Shown: in pieces, positions 20,095 through 30,462 of the stretch | Layout of the letters: each line of letters opens with the position of its first letter | Numbering within the stretch: the first letter of the stretch is position 1 | From: an uncultured Pelagibacteraceae bacterium | GTDB lineage: Bacteria > Pseudomonadota > Alphaproteobacteria > Pelagibacterales > Pelagibacteraceae | Assembly (NCBI GenBank): GCA_902579215.1 | Contig: CACHGH010000002.1 | Span: forward strand, 36,494-100,493 | Direction of reading: 5' to 3' | Length of the DNA stretch: 64,000 nucleotides | Made by a program: the position numbers and the translations under genes | The notes under the pieces: generated by a model | Databases searched by the model: none | Told to the model about the DNA's origin: nothing | What the model saw: only the letters and a program-made list of their open reading frames with translations

Positions 20095-20691
20095 TAAATT
20101 AATTTTGCAAAACTTAAAGCTTTTTTAACTTCTTCCTCTGTTTCTTTTTTTATTTTAACTAATGGAAGTCTAATTTCGTCACTACATAATCCTAAAAGTT
20201 TAGCAGCATACTTTGCAGGTGCTGGATTACTTTCTATAAATAAAGATTTATGTAAAGGTTGTAACAATTGATCAATTCTTTCTGCTTGGAATATTATATA
20301 TTATAATTGGAAGACTAGTATTGTCATTAATTGATTTATAGTGTTGGTACAAACCTTCTTGAGTTGGCTTGTTGTAGTATGGGGTAACAACCAAAGCACC
20401 ATCTGCACCAGCTTTCTCAGCATGCCTTGTTAAACTTACAGCTTCTTCGGTAGAGTTTGATCCTGTTCCTGCAATAACTGGAATTTTGCCTTTTGCTTCA
20501 CTTATGCATATCTCTATAACTTTTTGATGTTCCTCATGATTCAAGGTTGGGGACTCACCAGTCGTTCCGGCTGGCACAAGTCCATTAGTGCCATTTTCCA
20601 AGTGATAATGGATTAACTTAATATATGCATCGATATCAAGTTCATTATCTTTAAATGGCGTTATTAAAGCAACATTTGATCCTTTGAACAT
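20094..20691 (-). pseudogene. dapA: 4-hydroxy-tetrahydrodipicolinate synthase with an internal out-of-frame deletion (pseudogene or assembly artefact)
   Basis: N-terminal part (GTTGES, PYYNKP, IYNIPSR) joins in another frame to the C-terminal part AERIDQLLQPLHKSLFIESNPAPAKY…RLPL…LI* (20094-20285). The central part with the Schiff-base Lys is absent. Confidence 0.85.
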
Positions 20692-20733
20692 AAATACTTA
20701 TAACATAGTTTATAGATTCATTTAGTAAAATTT

Positions 20734-22992
20734 ATGTCAAAAAAGATATCGTTTTTTATAAAGTTTACGCTTGGTTTCTTAATAATATTAAGTTTAGCCA
20801 ATGCGGATAATTTATTAATATTTCCTAAGAAGAAACCACAGCTATCCAATGAAGTGATAGAAAAAAAAGTTACAAAAAATATTATTAAACCAAAAAGCAA
20901 ACCTAAAGCAAAAACTAAAACTGCTTTAAAAAAAGAGGATTTAAAGCCACTAGAAAAACCTAAAAATGAAGAAAAAGTTGTTGAAAAAAAAATAGTAAAA
21001 AAATTGGGTCTAATTTTACCTAAAAGTAAACCGTTAATTGTAAAAAAAGAGATTAAAAAAAAACAACAAAAATCAAAATATTATAAACAAAAAGATTTCA
21101 ACTATGCAAAAAAAGCTATTCAATTATTTGAAAAAGGAGATTGGAAAGGAGCGCTAAATATATCAAAAAAAGCTAAGGATAAATCTTTTTATAAATTTGT
21201 TCAGTGGAAACATTTGTTAAAAACACCAAATGCTGCATCATTTTATGACTATCAACAGTTTATAAATAATAATAAAGAATACCCTAGAATTAATAGATTG
21301 ATTTATTTAGCTGAACATAAACTATCAACAGATAAAATTTCTCCAAAAAAAATTATTGCGTGGTTTGATGGAAGAGAACCTTTTAGTGGTTTTGGTAAAT
21401 TGGCCTTGGGAGAAAGTTTTATTGAAAATGGTGATGCAACCAGAGGCATAAGTTTAATTAAAGATGGCTGGATAACAGCCGATCTATCAAGATCTCAGAT
21501 GAAATTTTTTAGAAAAAAATACAAAAAATACTTAAGCGCAGACGATTATATAAAAAGAGCAGATTATTTGGCCTGGGAAAACAAATATTGGGATTTAAAA
21601 AGAATGCTTAGATACTTGCCTAAAGATTACAGACTACTTTATACCGCGAGACAACTGTTAATGAGTAAATCGTATGGTGTTGATAATGCGATAAGTAATG
21701 TCCCAGCAAAATTTAAAAATGACCCTGGTTTGAATTATGATCGTTTAAAATGGAGACGTAAAAGAGGAAGAGTTGATAGTTCTTTAGAAATATTATTAAA
21801 AATTAAAAATACAGAGAACTATATGGTTAGACCAGATAAATGGTGGAAAGAGAGGGCAATTATATCTAGATCTCTTATATATAAAAAAAAATATACCCTT
21901 GCATATAAAATAAGTAGCAAACATGCCTTAACAGAAGGTCCTGAGTATGCAGAAGCTGAATGGATGAGTGGATGGATTGCACTGAGTTTTTTAGATGATC
22001 CAATACTTGCTAAAAAACATTTCAAAAATTTTTATAATAACGTGGGATATCCTATTAGTTTATCCAGAGGGGCATATTGGATAGCTAGATCATACGAGGA
22101 AACAGGTGATATAGCTGAATCAAATAAATGGTACGCTGAAGCTGCTAATTTTTTAACGACTTATTATGGTCAATTAGCTTTTATTAAAATCAGTCCAAAT
22201 GATACATTTGAACTTAACGAACAAATAAAAGTTGATGAAAAGATTAAGAAGAAGTTTTATGAAAAAGAGCTAGTTAAAGTAGTTTATGTTTTAGATGAGC
22301 TAAATAAACATAAATATACAAAACATATCTTAAAACACCTTGCTACAGAGAATATAAATGAAGGGTCTGAAATTTTAGCAGCTGAATTAGCTACAAATAT
22401 ATCTAGATATGATTATGCAATACAAATATCAAAACAAGCATCCTATGAAAAAAGATTTCATAATGATTTCAATTATCCAATTATAAGCACTCCAAAATTA
22501 ATTAATGGCCGTAAAATTCCTGAAGCTGCATTTATTCTATCAATTATAAGACAGGAAAGTGAGTTTGATTTGTCAGCAAATAGTCATGCTGGAGCAAAGG
22601 GTTTGATGCAGTTAATGCCTTACACGGCAAAAATTGTTGCTAAACAAGCTAAACTTCCTTACTCAAAATCAAGGTTAACCAAAGATCCTGAATATAATAT
22701 TAATTTAGGTTCGCATTATATAGCTGGTTTAATTTTAGAATATGAAGGAGCTTATCCTTTTGCAATAGCAGCATATAATGCTGGGCCAAAAAGAGTAAAA
22801 TATTGGAAGAAACTTAATAAGAACCCTCAAAAAAAACAGATAAATTATGTGGATTGGATTGAGCTAATTAAATTTAAAGAAACTAGAAATTATGTTCAAA
22901 GAGTTTTGGAAAATTACAATGTTTACAGATATATTCTTGAAAAAAAACCAGTAAAAATGTTAGATTTTTTCAAAGATATGCCTTTGTACTAG
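20734..22992 (+). CDS. slt: Soluble lytic murein transglycosylase (Slt70-like)
   Basis: Signal peptide, Lys/Pro-rich linker, IRQESEF, GAKGLMQL, AAYNAG, ETRNYV. Confidence 0.92.
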   Translation: MSKKISFFIKFTLGFLIILSLANADNLLIFPKKKPQLSNEVIEKKVTKNIIKPKSKPKAKTKTALKKEDLKPLEKPKNEEKVVEKKIVKKLGLILPKSKPLIVKKEIKKKQQKSKYYKQKDFNYAKKAIQLFEKGDWKGALNISKKAKDKSFYKFVQWKHLLKTPNAASFYDYQQFINNNKEYPRINRLIYLAEHKLSTDKISPKKIIAWFDGREPFSGFGKLALGESFIENGDATRGISLIKDGWITADLSRSQMKFFRKKYKKYLSADDYIKRADYLAWENKYWDLKRMLRYLPKDYRLLYTARQLLMSKSYGVDNAISNVPAKFKNDPGLNYDRLKWRRKRGRVDSSLEILLKIKNTENYMVRPDKWWKERAIISRSLIYKKKYTLAYKISSKHALTEGPEYAEAEWMSGWIALSFLDDPILAKKHFKNFYNNVGYPISLSRGAYWIARSYEETGDIAESNKWYAEAANFLTTYYGQLAFIKISPNDTFELNEQIKVDEKIKKKFYEKELVKVVYVLDELNKHKYTKHILKHLATENINEGSEILAAELATNISRYDYAIQISKQASYEKRFHNDFNYPIISTPKLINGRKIPEAAFILSIIRQESEFDLSANSHAGAKGLMQLMPYTAKIVAKQAKLPYSKSRLTKDPEYNINLGSHYIAGLILEYEGAYPFAIAAYNAGPKRVKYWKKLNKNPQKKQINYVDWIELIKFKETRNYVQRVLENYNVYRYILEKKPVKMLDFFKDMPLY

Positions 22993-23085
22993 TGGCGGAA
23001 AGGGAGGGATTCGAACCCTCGGTACAGATTTCTCCGCACGACTAGTTAGCAACCAGTTGGTTTAAACCAGCTCACCCACCTTTCC
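22993..23085 (-). tRNA. tRNA-Ser(GCT)
   Basis: GGAAAGG acceptor stem pairing with CCTTTCC, then G discriminator and encoded CCA; anticodon arm ACTGG-TTGCTAA-CTAGT; long variable arm; GGTTCGAATCC T-arm. Confidence 0.96.
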
Positions 23086-23094
23086 GTTGTTTAC

Positions 23095-23140
23095 TGTGTA
23101 ACTTGAAATCATTGAATATTCAATATTAATCAAGTAATTT
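23095..23140. promoter_or_regulatory. Palindromic element ATTGAATATTCAAT (23111-23124): putative back-to-back promoters for tRNA-Ser and soxB, or an operator
   Basis: Perfect 14-bp palindrome. TTGAAT-17-TAATTT on plus; TTGAAT-17-TACACA on minus. Confidence 0.5.
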
Positions 23141-23150
23141 CGAGCAAATT

Positions 23151-24404
23151 ATGAAAAACAAATACTCTATATTTTCTATAATAAAGAATGCTTTTAGCTA
23201 TCATGAAAATTGGCAAAGAGCATGGAGAGATCCTGAGCCAAAAAAAGAATATGACGCAATAATTATTGGTGGTGGCGGTCATGGTCTAGCGACAGCTTTT
23301 TATTTAGCTAAAAAACATAATATGACAAATATAGCTGTTGTTGAAAAAGGTTGGATTGGTGGAGGTAATACTGGAAGAAATACTACTATCATTCGTTCAA
23401 ATTATTTATGGGATGCAAGTGCGGGATTATATGATCATGCTTTAAAAATTTGGGAAAGCTTATCTCAAGAATTAAATTATAATGTCATGTTTAGTCAAAG
23501 AGGAGTTATGAACTTGGCTCATAATCTTCAAGATGTAAGAGATTTAAAAAGAAGAACACACGCAAATAGATTAAATGGAATTGATGCAGTCTGGTTAAAT
23601 ACAGAAGAAGTAAAAAAATTCTGTCCAATAATAAATACTTCACCTAATATTAGATATCCAGTTCTAGGGGGAACTTTACAAAAAAGAGCTGGAACTGCAA
23701 GACATGATGCTGTTGCATGGGGCTACGCTCGTGGAGCAGATGCTATGGGCGTCGATATTATTCAAAATTGTGAAGTTAAAGGTATAAAAAGAAATGAAAA
23801 TTCTGTTGAGGGTATAGAAACATCTAAAGGATTTATAAAAACAAAAAAAATTGGAGTAGTTGCAGCAGGTCATTCAAGTGTTATAGCTAAGATGGTTGAC
23901 TTAAAATTACCTTTAGAGAGTAAACCTCTACAAGCTTTAGTCTCGGAGCCGGTTAAACCGATTATAGATACAGTTGTCATGTCAAATGCAGTCCATGCTT
24001 ATGTAAGTCAATCGGATAAAGGAGAATTAGTTATTGGTGCAGGGACTGATGCTTACATTTCATATACACAAAGAGGAAGTCATGATGTTGTCGAGGGAAC
24101 TTTAAAAGCAATATTAGAGCTCTACCCTATTTTTAGTCGTATGAAAATGTTGAGACAATGGGGTGGTATAGTCGACATTTGTCCTGATGCAAGTCCAATA
24201 ATTAGCAAAACACATATTAAAGGTTTATATTTTAATTGTGGTTGGGGAACTGGTGGATTTAAAGCAACGCCTGGTTCTGGGGATTTGTTTGCACATACAA
24301 TTGCTAATGATGAACCACACAAATTAAATGCTGATTTTAATATAAATAGATTTGTGAGTGGTGATCTAGTTGATGAACATGGAGCAGCAGCAGTAGCACA
24401 CTAA
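23151..24404 (+). CDS. soxB: Heterotetrameric sarcosine oxidase subunit beta
   Basis: [15 protein letters not shown] motif, [31 protein letters not shown]. Confidence 0.93.
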   Translation: MKNKYSIFSIIKNAFSYHENWQRAWRDPEPKKEYDAIIIGGGGHGLATAFYLAKKHNMTNIAVVEKGWIGGGNTGRNTTIIRSNYLWDASAGLYDHALKIWESLSQELNYNVMFSQRGVMNLAHNLQDVRDLKRRTHANRLNGIDAVWLNTEEVKKFCPIINTSPNIRYPVLGGTLQKRAGTARHDAVAWGYARGADAMGVDIIQNCEVKGIKRNENSVEGIETSKGFIKTKKIGVVAAGHSSVIAKMVDLKLPLESKPLQALVSEPVKPIIDTVVMSNAVHAYVSQSDKGELVIGAGTDAYISYTQRGSHDVVEGTLKAILELYPIFSRMKMLRQWGGIVDICPDASPIISKTHIKGLYFNCGWGTGGFKATPGSGDLFAHTIANDEPHKLNADFNINRFVSGDLVDEHGAAAVAH

Positions 24405-24679
24405 TGTTTTTAATTAATTGTCCATATTGTGGTGAAAGAGATCAAAGTGAGTTTTCAGCTGGTGGTGAAGCACATATTGTCAGACCAAAACAGCCTACTG
24501 AATTAAGTGATGACCAATGGGCTGAATTTTTATTTATGAGAAAAAATATTAAAGGAGTTCAATTAGAGAGATGGAATCATGCTCACGGGTGTAGAAAATG
24601 GTTTAATATGGTTAGAGATACATCTAACGATAAAATTCATGCTGTTTACAAAATGGGTGAAAAACCTCCTATAAAATAA
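24404..24679 (+). CDS. soxD: Sarcosine oxidase subunit delta
   Basis: CPYCG…EF..GG…HAHGCRKWFN Zn motif. Confidence 0.93.
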   Translation: MFLINCPYCGERDQSEFSAGGEAHIVRPKQPTELSDDQWAEFLFMRKNIKGVQLERWNHAHGCRKWFNMVRDTSNDKIHAVYKMGEKPPIK

Positions 24680-27600
24680 TGAGCAAAAATTTAAGAATAA
24701 CAAATAATAAGTTTATCGACCAAACAACTAGGGTATCTTTTAAGTTTGATGGAAAAACATTGTATGGTTTCAAAGGCGACACCCTAGCATCAGCTTTATT
24801 GGCAAATAATATCCACCTTGTAGGAAGAAGTTTCAAATATCATCGCCCAAGGGGAATAATGGCATGTGGATCTGAAGAACCTAATGCAATCGTACAAGTT
24901 GGAAATGACCCTTCTATGACAGAACCAAATACAAGAGCAACTGAAATAGAGTTATATGAGGGTTTAGAAGCATCAAGCCAGAACTGTTGGCCAAGCGTTA
25001 ATTTTGATTTGGGTGCTGTAAATAATTTTTTCTCACCTCTTATACCAGCAGCTTTCTACTACAAAACATTCATGTGGCCAGCTAATTTTTGGAAATTATA
25101 TGAATACTTTATAAGAAAATCTGCAGGTCTAGGTAAATCACCTACCGAACCAGATAATGATATTTACGATCATAGATATTTACATTGTGAAGTTTTAGTT
25201 GTTGGTGGAGGTATATCTGGAATAATAGCTGCAAAAACAGCAGCTAAGAATAATTTAAATACTGTATTAATAGATGATAAAAATATCTTAGGTGGAACTA
25301 CTCTTTTTCAAGAAAATGAGTGCTTCAAAATAAATAATTCTTATTCAAATGAATGGTTAAAAAAAGAAATTGAAAGTCTAAAATTACTTAAAAATTTAAC
25401 TATAAAAACAAGAACAACACTAGCTGCTTATCATAATTACAATTATCTTTTGGCAAGAGAAAATTTAACTGATCATTTAGATATAAATGAAAAAAAAGAT
25501 AAAATTCGTCAAAGACTTTGGAAAATTAGAGCAAAAAAAGTAATTATAGCTACAGGGGCAATGGAAAGACCGTTGGTTTTTAATAATAATGATAGACCTG
25601 GTATTATGCTTTCATCTTCTATCAAAAAGTACATAGATTACTACGGGGTTAAGTGCGGACAAAAAGTATCTTTATTTACAAATAATGACTCAGCTTATGA
25701 AACTGCCATCTCTTTAAATAATAGTGGTGTAAATGTTAATTCAGTTATTGATATAAGAGATAAAACTAGTTCTTTAATAGTTAAACAGGCTGAGAAATTA
25801 GGAATTAAAATTCATTGGAAATCTTCGATTGTTAATACAAATGGTTATAAAAAAATCAAATCTATTGAAATTATGAAATTGTCTGACGATGGTACTGCTG
25901 TTGTAGAAAAAAAAATAAAAGAAGAATGTGACTGTTTGGGTATTTCAGGAGGCTGGACACCAAGAGTCCATTTGTTTACTCAATCTGGTGGTAAACTTAA
26001 ATTTAGAGATGAAGATAATGTTTTTTTACCAGATAAGTCAGAGTTGGATCAAATAAGTATTGGATCTTGCAATGGTGATTTTGAGCTTGATGAAGTAATA
26101 AAAAATTCAGTAAATTTGACAAATAAATTTTTAAAAATTAATGATAGCGATTACGAAAATTTAGAAATTATTTCCTCAAAAGAAATTGATAAAAAAAATA
26201 TTTGGCTACTTCCATCTGATAAGCCTTTGGGAAAAACTAAGCCATTCTTAGATTTTCAAAACGATTCTACTGCAAATGACGTAAAATTAGCTTTAAGAGA
26301 AGGTTTTAAATCAATTGAACATGTAAAAAGATATACAACAACGGGTATGGCTACCGACCAAGGAAAATTATCTAACATGCATGCACTTGGAATCATAGCT
26401 GAAACCGCTGGCGTTAAAATGGGAGAATTAGGAACAACTACATTTAGACCTCCTTACACTCCACTAACATTCGGAGCGATTGTTGGAAGAAACGTTGGTG
26501 AATTTTTTGATATTACAAGAAAAACACCTATTCATGACTGGCATGTAGAAAATAATGCTGAATTTGAAAATGTCGGACAATGGAAGAGAGCCTGGTACTA
26601 TCCAAAAGACAATGAAAATATGTACGAAGCTGTACAAAGAGAAAGTAAAGCTGCCAGAGATAGCGCTGGTATCTTAGACGCATCTACACTTGGAAAAATA
26701 GATATTCAAGGAACTGACGCATCTGAATTTTTAAATAGAGTTTATACAAATGCATGGTCAAAATTAGAAATAGGAAAATGCAGATATGGTCTTATGCTCA
26801 ATGAAGATGGAATGGTTTACGATGATGGAGTTACAACCAGGTTGTCAGAAAACCATTATTTAATGACTACAACAACTGGTGGTGCTGCAAATGTTCTATC
26901 AAAATTAGAAGATTACTTGCAAACAGAATGGCCTGAATTAGATGTTTACTTAACTTCAGTTACTGATCACTATGGTACTGTAAGTATCTGTGGACCTAAT
27001 TCAAAAAAAATTCTTTCAAAAATAATTCCTGATCTAGATTTGTCTGATAAAGAATTTCCACACATGTCATTCAAAAATGCATTGATCAATAATATAAAAT
27101 GTAGAGTAATGCGTATTAGTTTCACTGGTGAACATAGTTATGAAATCAATGTTCAATCATCATACGCAAAATCTGTTTGGGAAAAGTGTTTTGATGCAGG
27201 GAAAGAATTTAATATTACACCATACGGAACAGAAACGATGCACTTACTCAGAGCAGAAAAAGGATTCATAATAGCAGGTCAAGATACAGATGGAACCATG
27301 ACCCCTGTAGACTTACAGATGGATTGGATAATTAGTAAAAAAAAATATGATTTTATTGGTAAGAGGTCTTTGTACAGAAGCGATACAATCAGGGAAGATA
27401 GAAAACAACTAGTGGGATTACTAACAGATGATCCAAAAGAAATTTTAGAAGAAGGTGCGCAAATTGTTGCCGAAACAAACAAACAACCAATTGAAATGCT
27501 TGGTCACGTTACTTCAAGTTATTTTAGCCCAAATTTAAATAAATCAATTGCGCTAGCTGTAGTAAAAAATGGTAAAAAATTGAAAGGTCAAAAAATGTTT

Positions 27601-27684
27601 GTACCAATGAAAGACAAAACAATTAATGTAACTATAACAGATACAGTTTTTTTAGATAAGGAAAATAAAAGGTTAAATGTTTAA
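24679..27684 (+). CDS. soxA: Sarcosine oxidase subunit alpha
   Basis: GDTLASAL, RSFKYHRPRG, KRYTTTGMATDQGK, GcvT-like C-terminal domain. Confidence 0.95.
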   Translation: MSKNLRITNNKFIDQTTRVSFKFDGKTLYGFKGDTLASALLANNIHLVGRSFKYHRPRGIMACGSEEPNAIVQVGNDPSMTEPNTRATEIELYEGLEASSQNCWPSVNFDLGAVNNFFSPLIPAAFYYKTFMWPANFWKLYEYFIRKSAGLGKSPTEPDNDIYDHRYLHCEVLVVGGGISGIIAAKTAAKNNLNTVLIDDKNILGGTTLFQENECFKINNSYSNEWLKKEIESLKLLKNLTIKTRTTLAAYHNYNYLLARENLTDHLDINEKKDKIRQRLWKIRAKKVIIATGAMERPLVFNNNDRPGIMLSSSIKKYIDYYGVKCGQKVSLFTNNDSAYETAISLNNSGVNVNSVIDIRDKTSSLIVKQAEKLGIKIHWKSSIVNTNGYKKIKSIEIMKLSDDGTAVVEKKIKEECDCLGISGGWTPRVHLFTQSGGKLKFRDEDNVFLPDKSELDQISIGSCNGDFELDEVIKNSVNLTNKFLKINDSDYENLEIISSKEIDKKNIWLLPSDKPLGKTKPFLDFQNDSTANDVKLALREGFKSIEHVKRYTTTGMATDQGKLSNMHALGIIAETAGVKMGELGTTTFRPPYTPLTFGAIVGRNVGEFFDITRKTPIHDWHVENNAEFENVGQWKRAWYYPKDNENMYEAVQRESKAARDSAGILDASTLGKIDIQGTDASEFLNRVYTNAWSKLEIGKCRYGLMLNEDGMVYDDGVTTRLSENHYLMTTTTGGAANVLSKLEDYLQTEWPELDVYLTSVTDHYGTVSICGPNSKKILSKIIPDLDLSDKEFPHMSFKNALINNIKCRVMRISFTGEHSYEINVQSSYAKSVWEKCFDAGKEFNITPYGTETMHLLRAEKGFIIAGQDTDGTMTPVDLQMDWIISKKKYDFIGKRSLYRSDTIREDRKQLVGLLTDDPKEILEEGAQIVAETNKQPIEMLGHVTSSYFSPNLNKSIALAVVKNGKKLKGQKMFVPMKDKTINVTITDTVFLDKENKRLNV

Positions 27685-28237
27685 TTTTAATTCACCAATT
27701 ATGGATACAAAGGAATATTCTGAAATAAAAATTTCAGAAGTCGAACCTACTTTTAAAATAAACTTAAGAGGTAAAAATAGAGATTTTATAACTAAAATTG
27801 GAAAAGAATTATCTATAATTACTCCTGTTGACCCTAATACATCTTCTGGTAACGAAAAATTAAATCTTCTTTGGTTGAGTCCTGATGAATGGTTTTTGTA
27901 CTCCAATGATAAGATCGATGTAAAAGATGCTAATTTTCTAGAAGATAAACTTTTTAATGAAATTTCTAAATTAAAATTAGGCTCTGTTACAAATGTTTCT
28001 GATCATTGGATCATGATTAATTTAACAGGTGCAAAGATTTTCGAGTTGTTGTCGGCTGGATGTCCATTTAATTTTAATGATTTTAAAAACTCAAAAGGGG
28101 CAGTAACTCAGACTTTAATCAATCATACTGATGTAATTATTCACAATAAAAATGATAATGACTTAAATATTTTTGTTAGAAGATCTTTTTCTGATCATCT
28201 TTGGTCATGGATGAACGACAGCGCTAGATTTATTTAA
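27677..28237 (+). CDS. soxG: Sarcosine oxidase subunit gamma
   Basis: INLRG, LWLSPDEW, VRRSF; last gene of soxBDAG. Confidence 0.9.
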   Translation: MFNFNSPIMDTKEYSEIKISEVEPTFKINLRGKNRDFITKIGKELSIITPVDPNTSSGNEKLNLLWLSPDEWFLYSNDKIDVKDANFLEDKLFNEISKLKLGSVTNVSDHWIMINLTGAKIFELLSAGCPFNFNDFKNSKGAVTQTLINHTDVIIHNKNDNDLNIFVRRSFSDHLWSWMNDSARFI

Positions 28238-29560
28238 TCTTACTTTAAAATAATAAATTACAACAAAAAAATAAGAAATTGAAAAAAACCAGTTAATACC
28301 AACCCATATCCAAAAAAATGTTTCAAAACTAGCATTTATGTGTTTTGAAATATAAAAAACCACTATTGGGTTTAGTACATTTCTAAAGAAATTAGAAATC
28401 ATTGCATTTTCAGATTTTTTTAAAGCCATAAAAAATCCATTAGACAGAAAAAAAACAGGGTAAGCAGGAAGTACAAAAGCAGATATTTTTAAATATCTTT
28501 TTCCGTACTCTATAACCTCAGGATCGTTTGAGAAAAAACTTGTAATAACGCTTGCTGACAAAAAAACCAAAACACCGGCAGTAACCATTATAATAAATGC
28601 GTATTTTATAGCAGTAAAATAAGTTTCTTTTATTCTAACAAGTTTATTAGCTCCATAATTTTGAGCTATAATGGATATAATAGCTGTATTAATTCCTAAT
28701 ATAGGAAGAAGAACTACTTGTTCAATACGTGTACCAACTCCATATCCTGCAACTGCATACTCGCCTGATTGTCCGACATATGTAAAAATTATTGCTGCTG
28801 CTAAAGCATAACCACATATAGACACAGTGATTGGCATAGATTGAAAAAAAATATTTTTAAAATATAGAAATTTTGGTATTAAAATTTCATTAGTTATCTT
28901 TAACACCCTTGGATTTTTGAGAACCTTAATTAGTATAATTAAAAACGAAACAAATTGAGAAATAATTGTGGCTATACCAATTCCTTTAACTCCAAATGCA
29001 GGAATAAACAAAAAACCAAATATTAAAATGGGGTTTAGTACAATATTTAAAAGAAATGACAAAATTAAAACATTTCTATAAGTTTTGGTATCTCCTTCGG
29101 CATGTAGCAATGAGTTAAGTGAAACAACTAAAATAAATAATATAGCTCCTGAATAAATTATATTAGTATATTCAAGACCTAAATAGACAACCTCATCGGT
29201 TGATCCCATTAAAAAAAATACTTTTTCAGCAAAATAAAAACCTAAAAATGTTATAAAAATAGAAATTAAAATTCCATAATAAATAATGTGTGAAAAATAA
29301 TTTAATGTTTTTTTATCATTTTTTTCCCCTATGCTATTACCAATTAAAGAGGTTCCAGCGACTGTAACACCAATTGAAGTAGCAATAATAATAAAATAAA
29401 TTGGAAAAGATTTAGTTAAAGCTGAAAGTGCTTCTGGAGATATTTTTCCTGCAAAAAATGTATCAACTACATTAAATAGAGTTTGGAACAAAGTGCCTAC
29501 CATTGCTGGAACAGCAAGTTTTCTAACTAATTTAGGAATATTGTCTTTTAATAAATCCAT
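28205..29560 (-). CDS. MATE-family efflux transporter
   Basis: LAVPAMVG…VVDTFFAG, two repeats, about 12 hydrophobic segments, PAFGVKGIGIAT. Confidence 0.9.
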   Translation of the reverse strand: MDLLKDNIPKLVRKLAVPAMVGTLFQTLFNVVDTFFAGKISPEALSALTKSFPIYFIIIATSIGVTVAGTSLIGNSIGEKNDKKTLNYFSHIIYYGILISIFITFLGFYFAEKVFFLMGSTDEVVYLGLEYTNIIYSGAILFILVVSLNSLLHAEGDTKTYRNVLILSFLLNIVLNPILIFGFLFIPAFGVKGIGIATIISQFVSFLIILIKVLKNPRVLKITNEILIPKFLYFKNIFFQSMPITVSICGYALAAAIIFTYVGQSGEYAVAGYGVGTRIEQVVLLPILGINTAIISIIAQNYGANKLVRIKETYFTAIKYAFIIMVTAGVLVFLSASVITSFFSNDPEVIEYGKRYLKISAFVLPAYPVFFLSNGFFMALKKSENAMISNFFRNVLNPIVVFYISKHINASFETFFWIWVGINWFFSISYFFVVIYYFKVRLNKSSAVVHP

Positions 29561-29562
29561 AT

Positions 29563-30462
29563 TTAAAATTCTTTTTGAAATATATGTTTTTTTCCTTGTG
29601 TTTTTGCAACATTTATTTGCTTTTGTCTCATTCTAAATCTTTCTTTTTGTGAATTTGTGAGTGTATCGTGACAATTTGGACATGATACACCTTCTTCATA
29701 CTTATTAGATTTTTTATCTTTAAATGATACTGGTTTTCTACATCCACTGCACATAACATAAGTCCCGCTCTCAAGTCCATGTTTTAAAGAAATCCTATTA
29801 TCAAAAACAAAACATTCACCATTCCAAAAACTTTTACTTTTATTAATTTTTTTTAAGTAATTAATTATACCTCCCTTTAATTGATAAACGTTTTTAAAGC
29901 CTTTTTTATCAAGATAAACACTAGCTTTTTCACATCTTATTCCACCTGTACAAAACATTGCTATCTTTTGATTTTTATCTAATTTTTTTAAATATTTTGG
30001 AAATTCTCTAAAATTATTTATTTCTGGATTTATAGCTCCTTTAAATGTGCCAACATTAAATTCAAACGGTTTTCTCGCATCAATTAAAATTGTTTTTTTG
30101 TTTGCGATTAATTTATTCCAGTTTCTAGGCTCTATATGATTTTTAGTTTTTCTTTTTATGATTTTTAACCCCATTGGGACTACTTCTTTTTTTATTTTTA
30201 CCTTTCCTCTATGAAATATTTGAAATTTATTTTTAGCAAAGTTTTGACTATCGAATTTAGCAATATTAAATATTTTTTTAATTTTCAATAGTGCTAGTTC
30301 TAATATTTTTTTTTTTGATGATATTGTGCCATTAATACCTTCAAGAGAAATAATAACAGTGCCTCTTACATCATGTTTAGTAAAAAAATTATTTAATAAT
30401 TCTTTACTTTTTTTAATATTTTTTATCCTTTTGAACTTATAAAAACCTGAAATATGAAACAT
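29563..30462 (-). CDS. trhO: tRNA uridine(34) hydroxylase TrhO (UPF0176 rhodanese family)
   Basis: EGINGT, KIKKEVVPMG, MFCTGGIRCEKAS, GGIINY, GECFVFDNR. Confidence 0.9.
   Translation of the reverse strand: MFHISGFYKFKRIKNIKKSKELLNNFFTKHDVRGTVIISLEGINGTISSKKKILELALLKIKKIFNIAKFDSQNFAKNKFQIFHRGKVKIKKEVVPMGLKIIKRKTKNHIEPRNWNKLIANKKTILIDARKPFEFNVGTFKGAINPEINNFREFPKYLKKLDKNQKIAMFCTGGIRCEKASVYLDKKGFKNVYQLKGGIINYLKKINKSKSFWNGECFVFDNRISLKHGLESGTYVMCSGCRKPVSFKDKKSNKYEEGVSCPNCHDTLTNSQKERFRMRQKQINVAKTQGKKHIFQKEF

Noticed and set aside
20260-20295. Programmed frameshift restoring dapA
   Set aside because: Even a frameshifted product (~200 aa) would lack the catalytic Lys and several barrel strands.
20718-20900. 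60-aa minus-strand ORF upstream of dapA
   Set aside because: Almost entirely antisense to the slt signal-peptide region; no independent support.
22993-28237. soxBDAG as an island integrated at tRNA-Ser
   Set aside because: It lies on the tRNA 5' side; there is no integrase, no duplicated tRNA 3' end and no obvious compositional shift.
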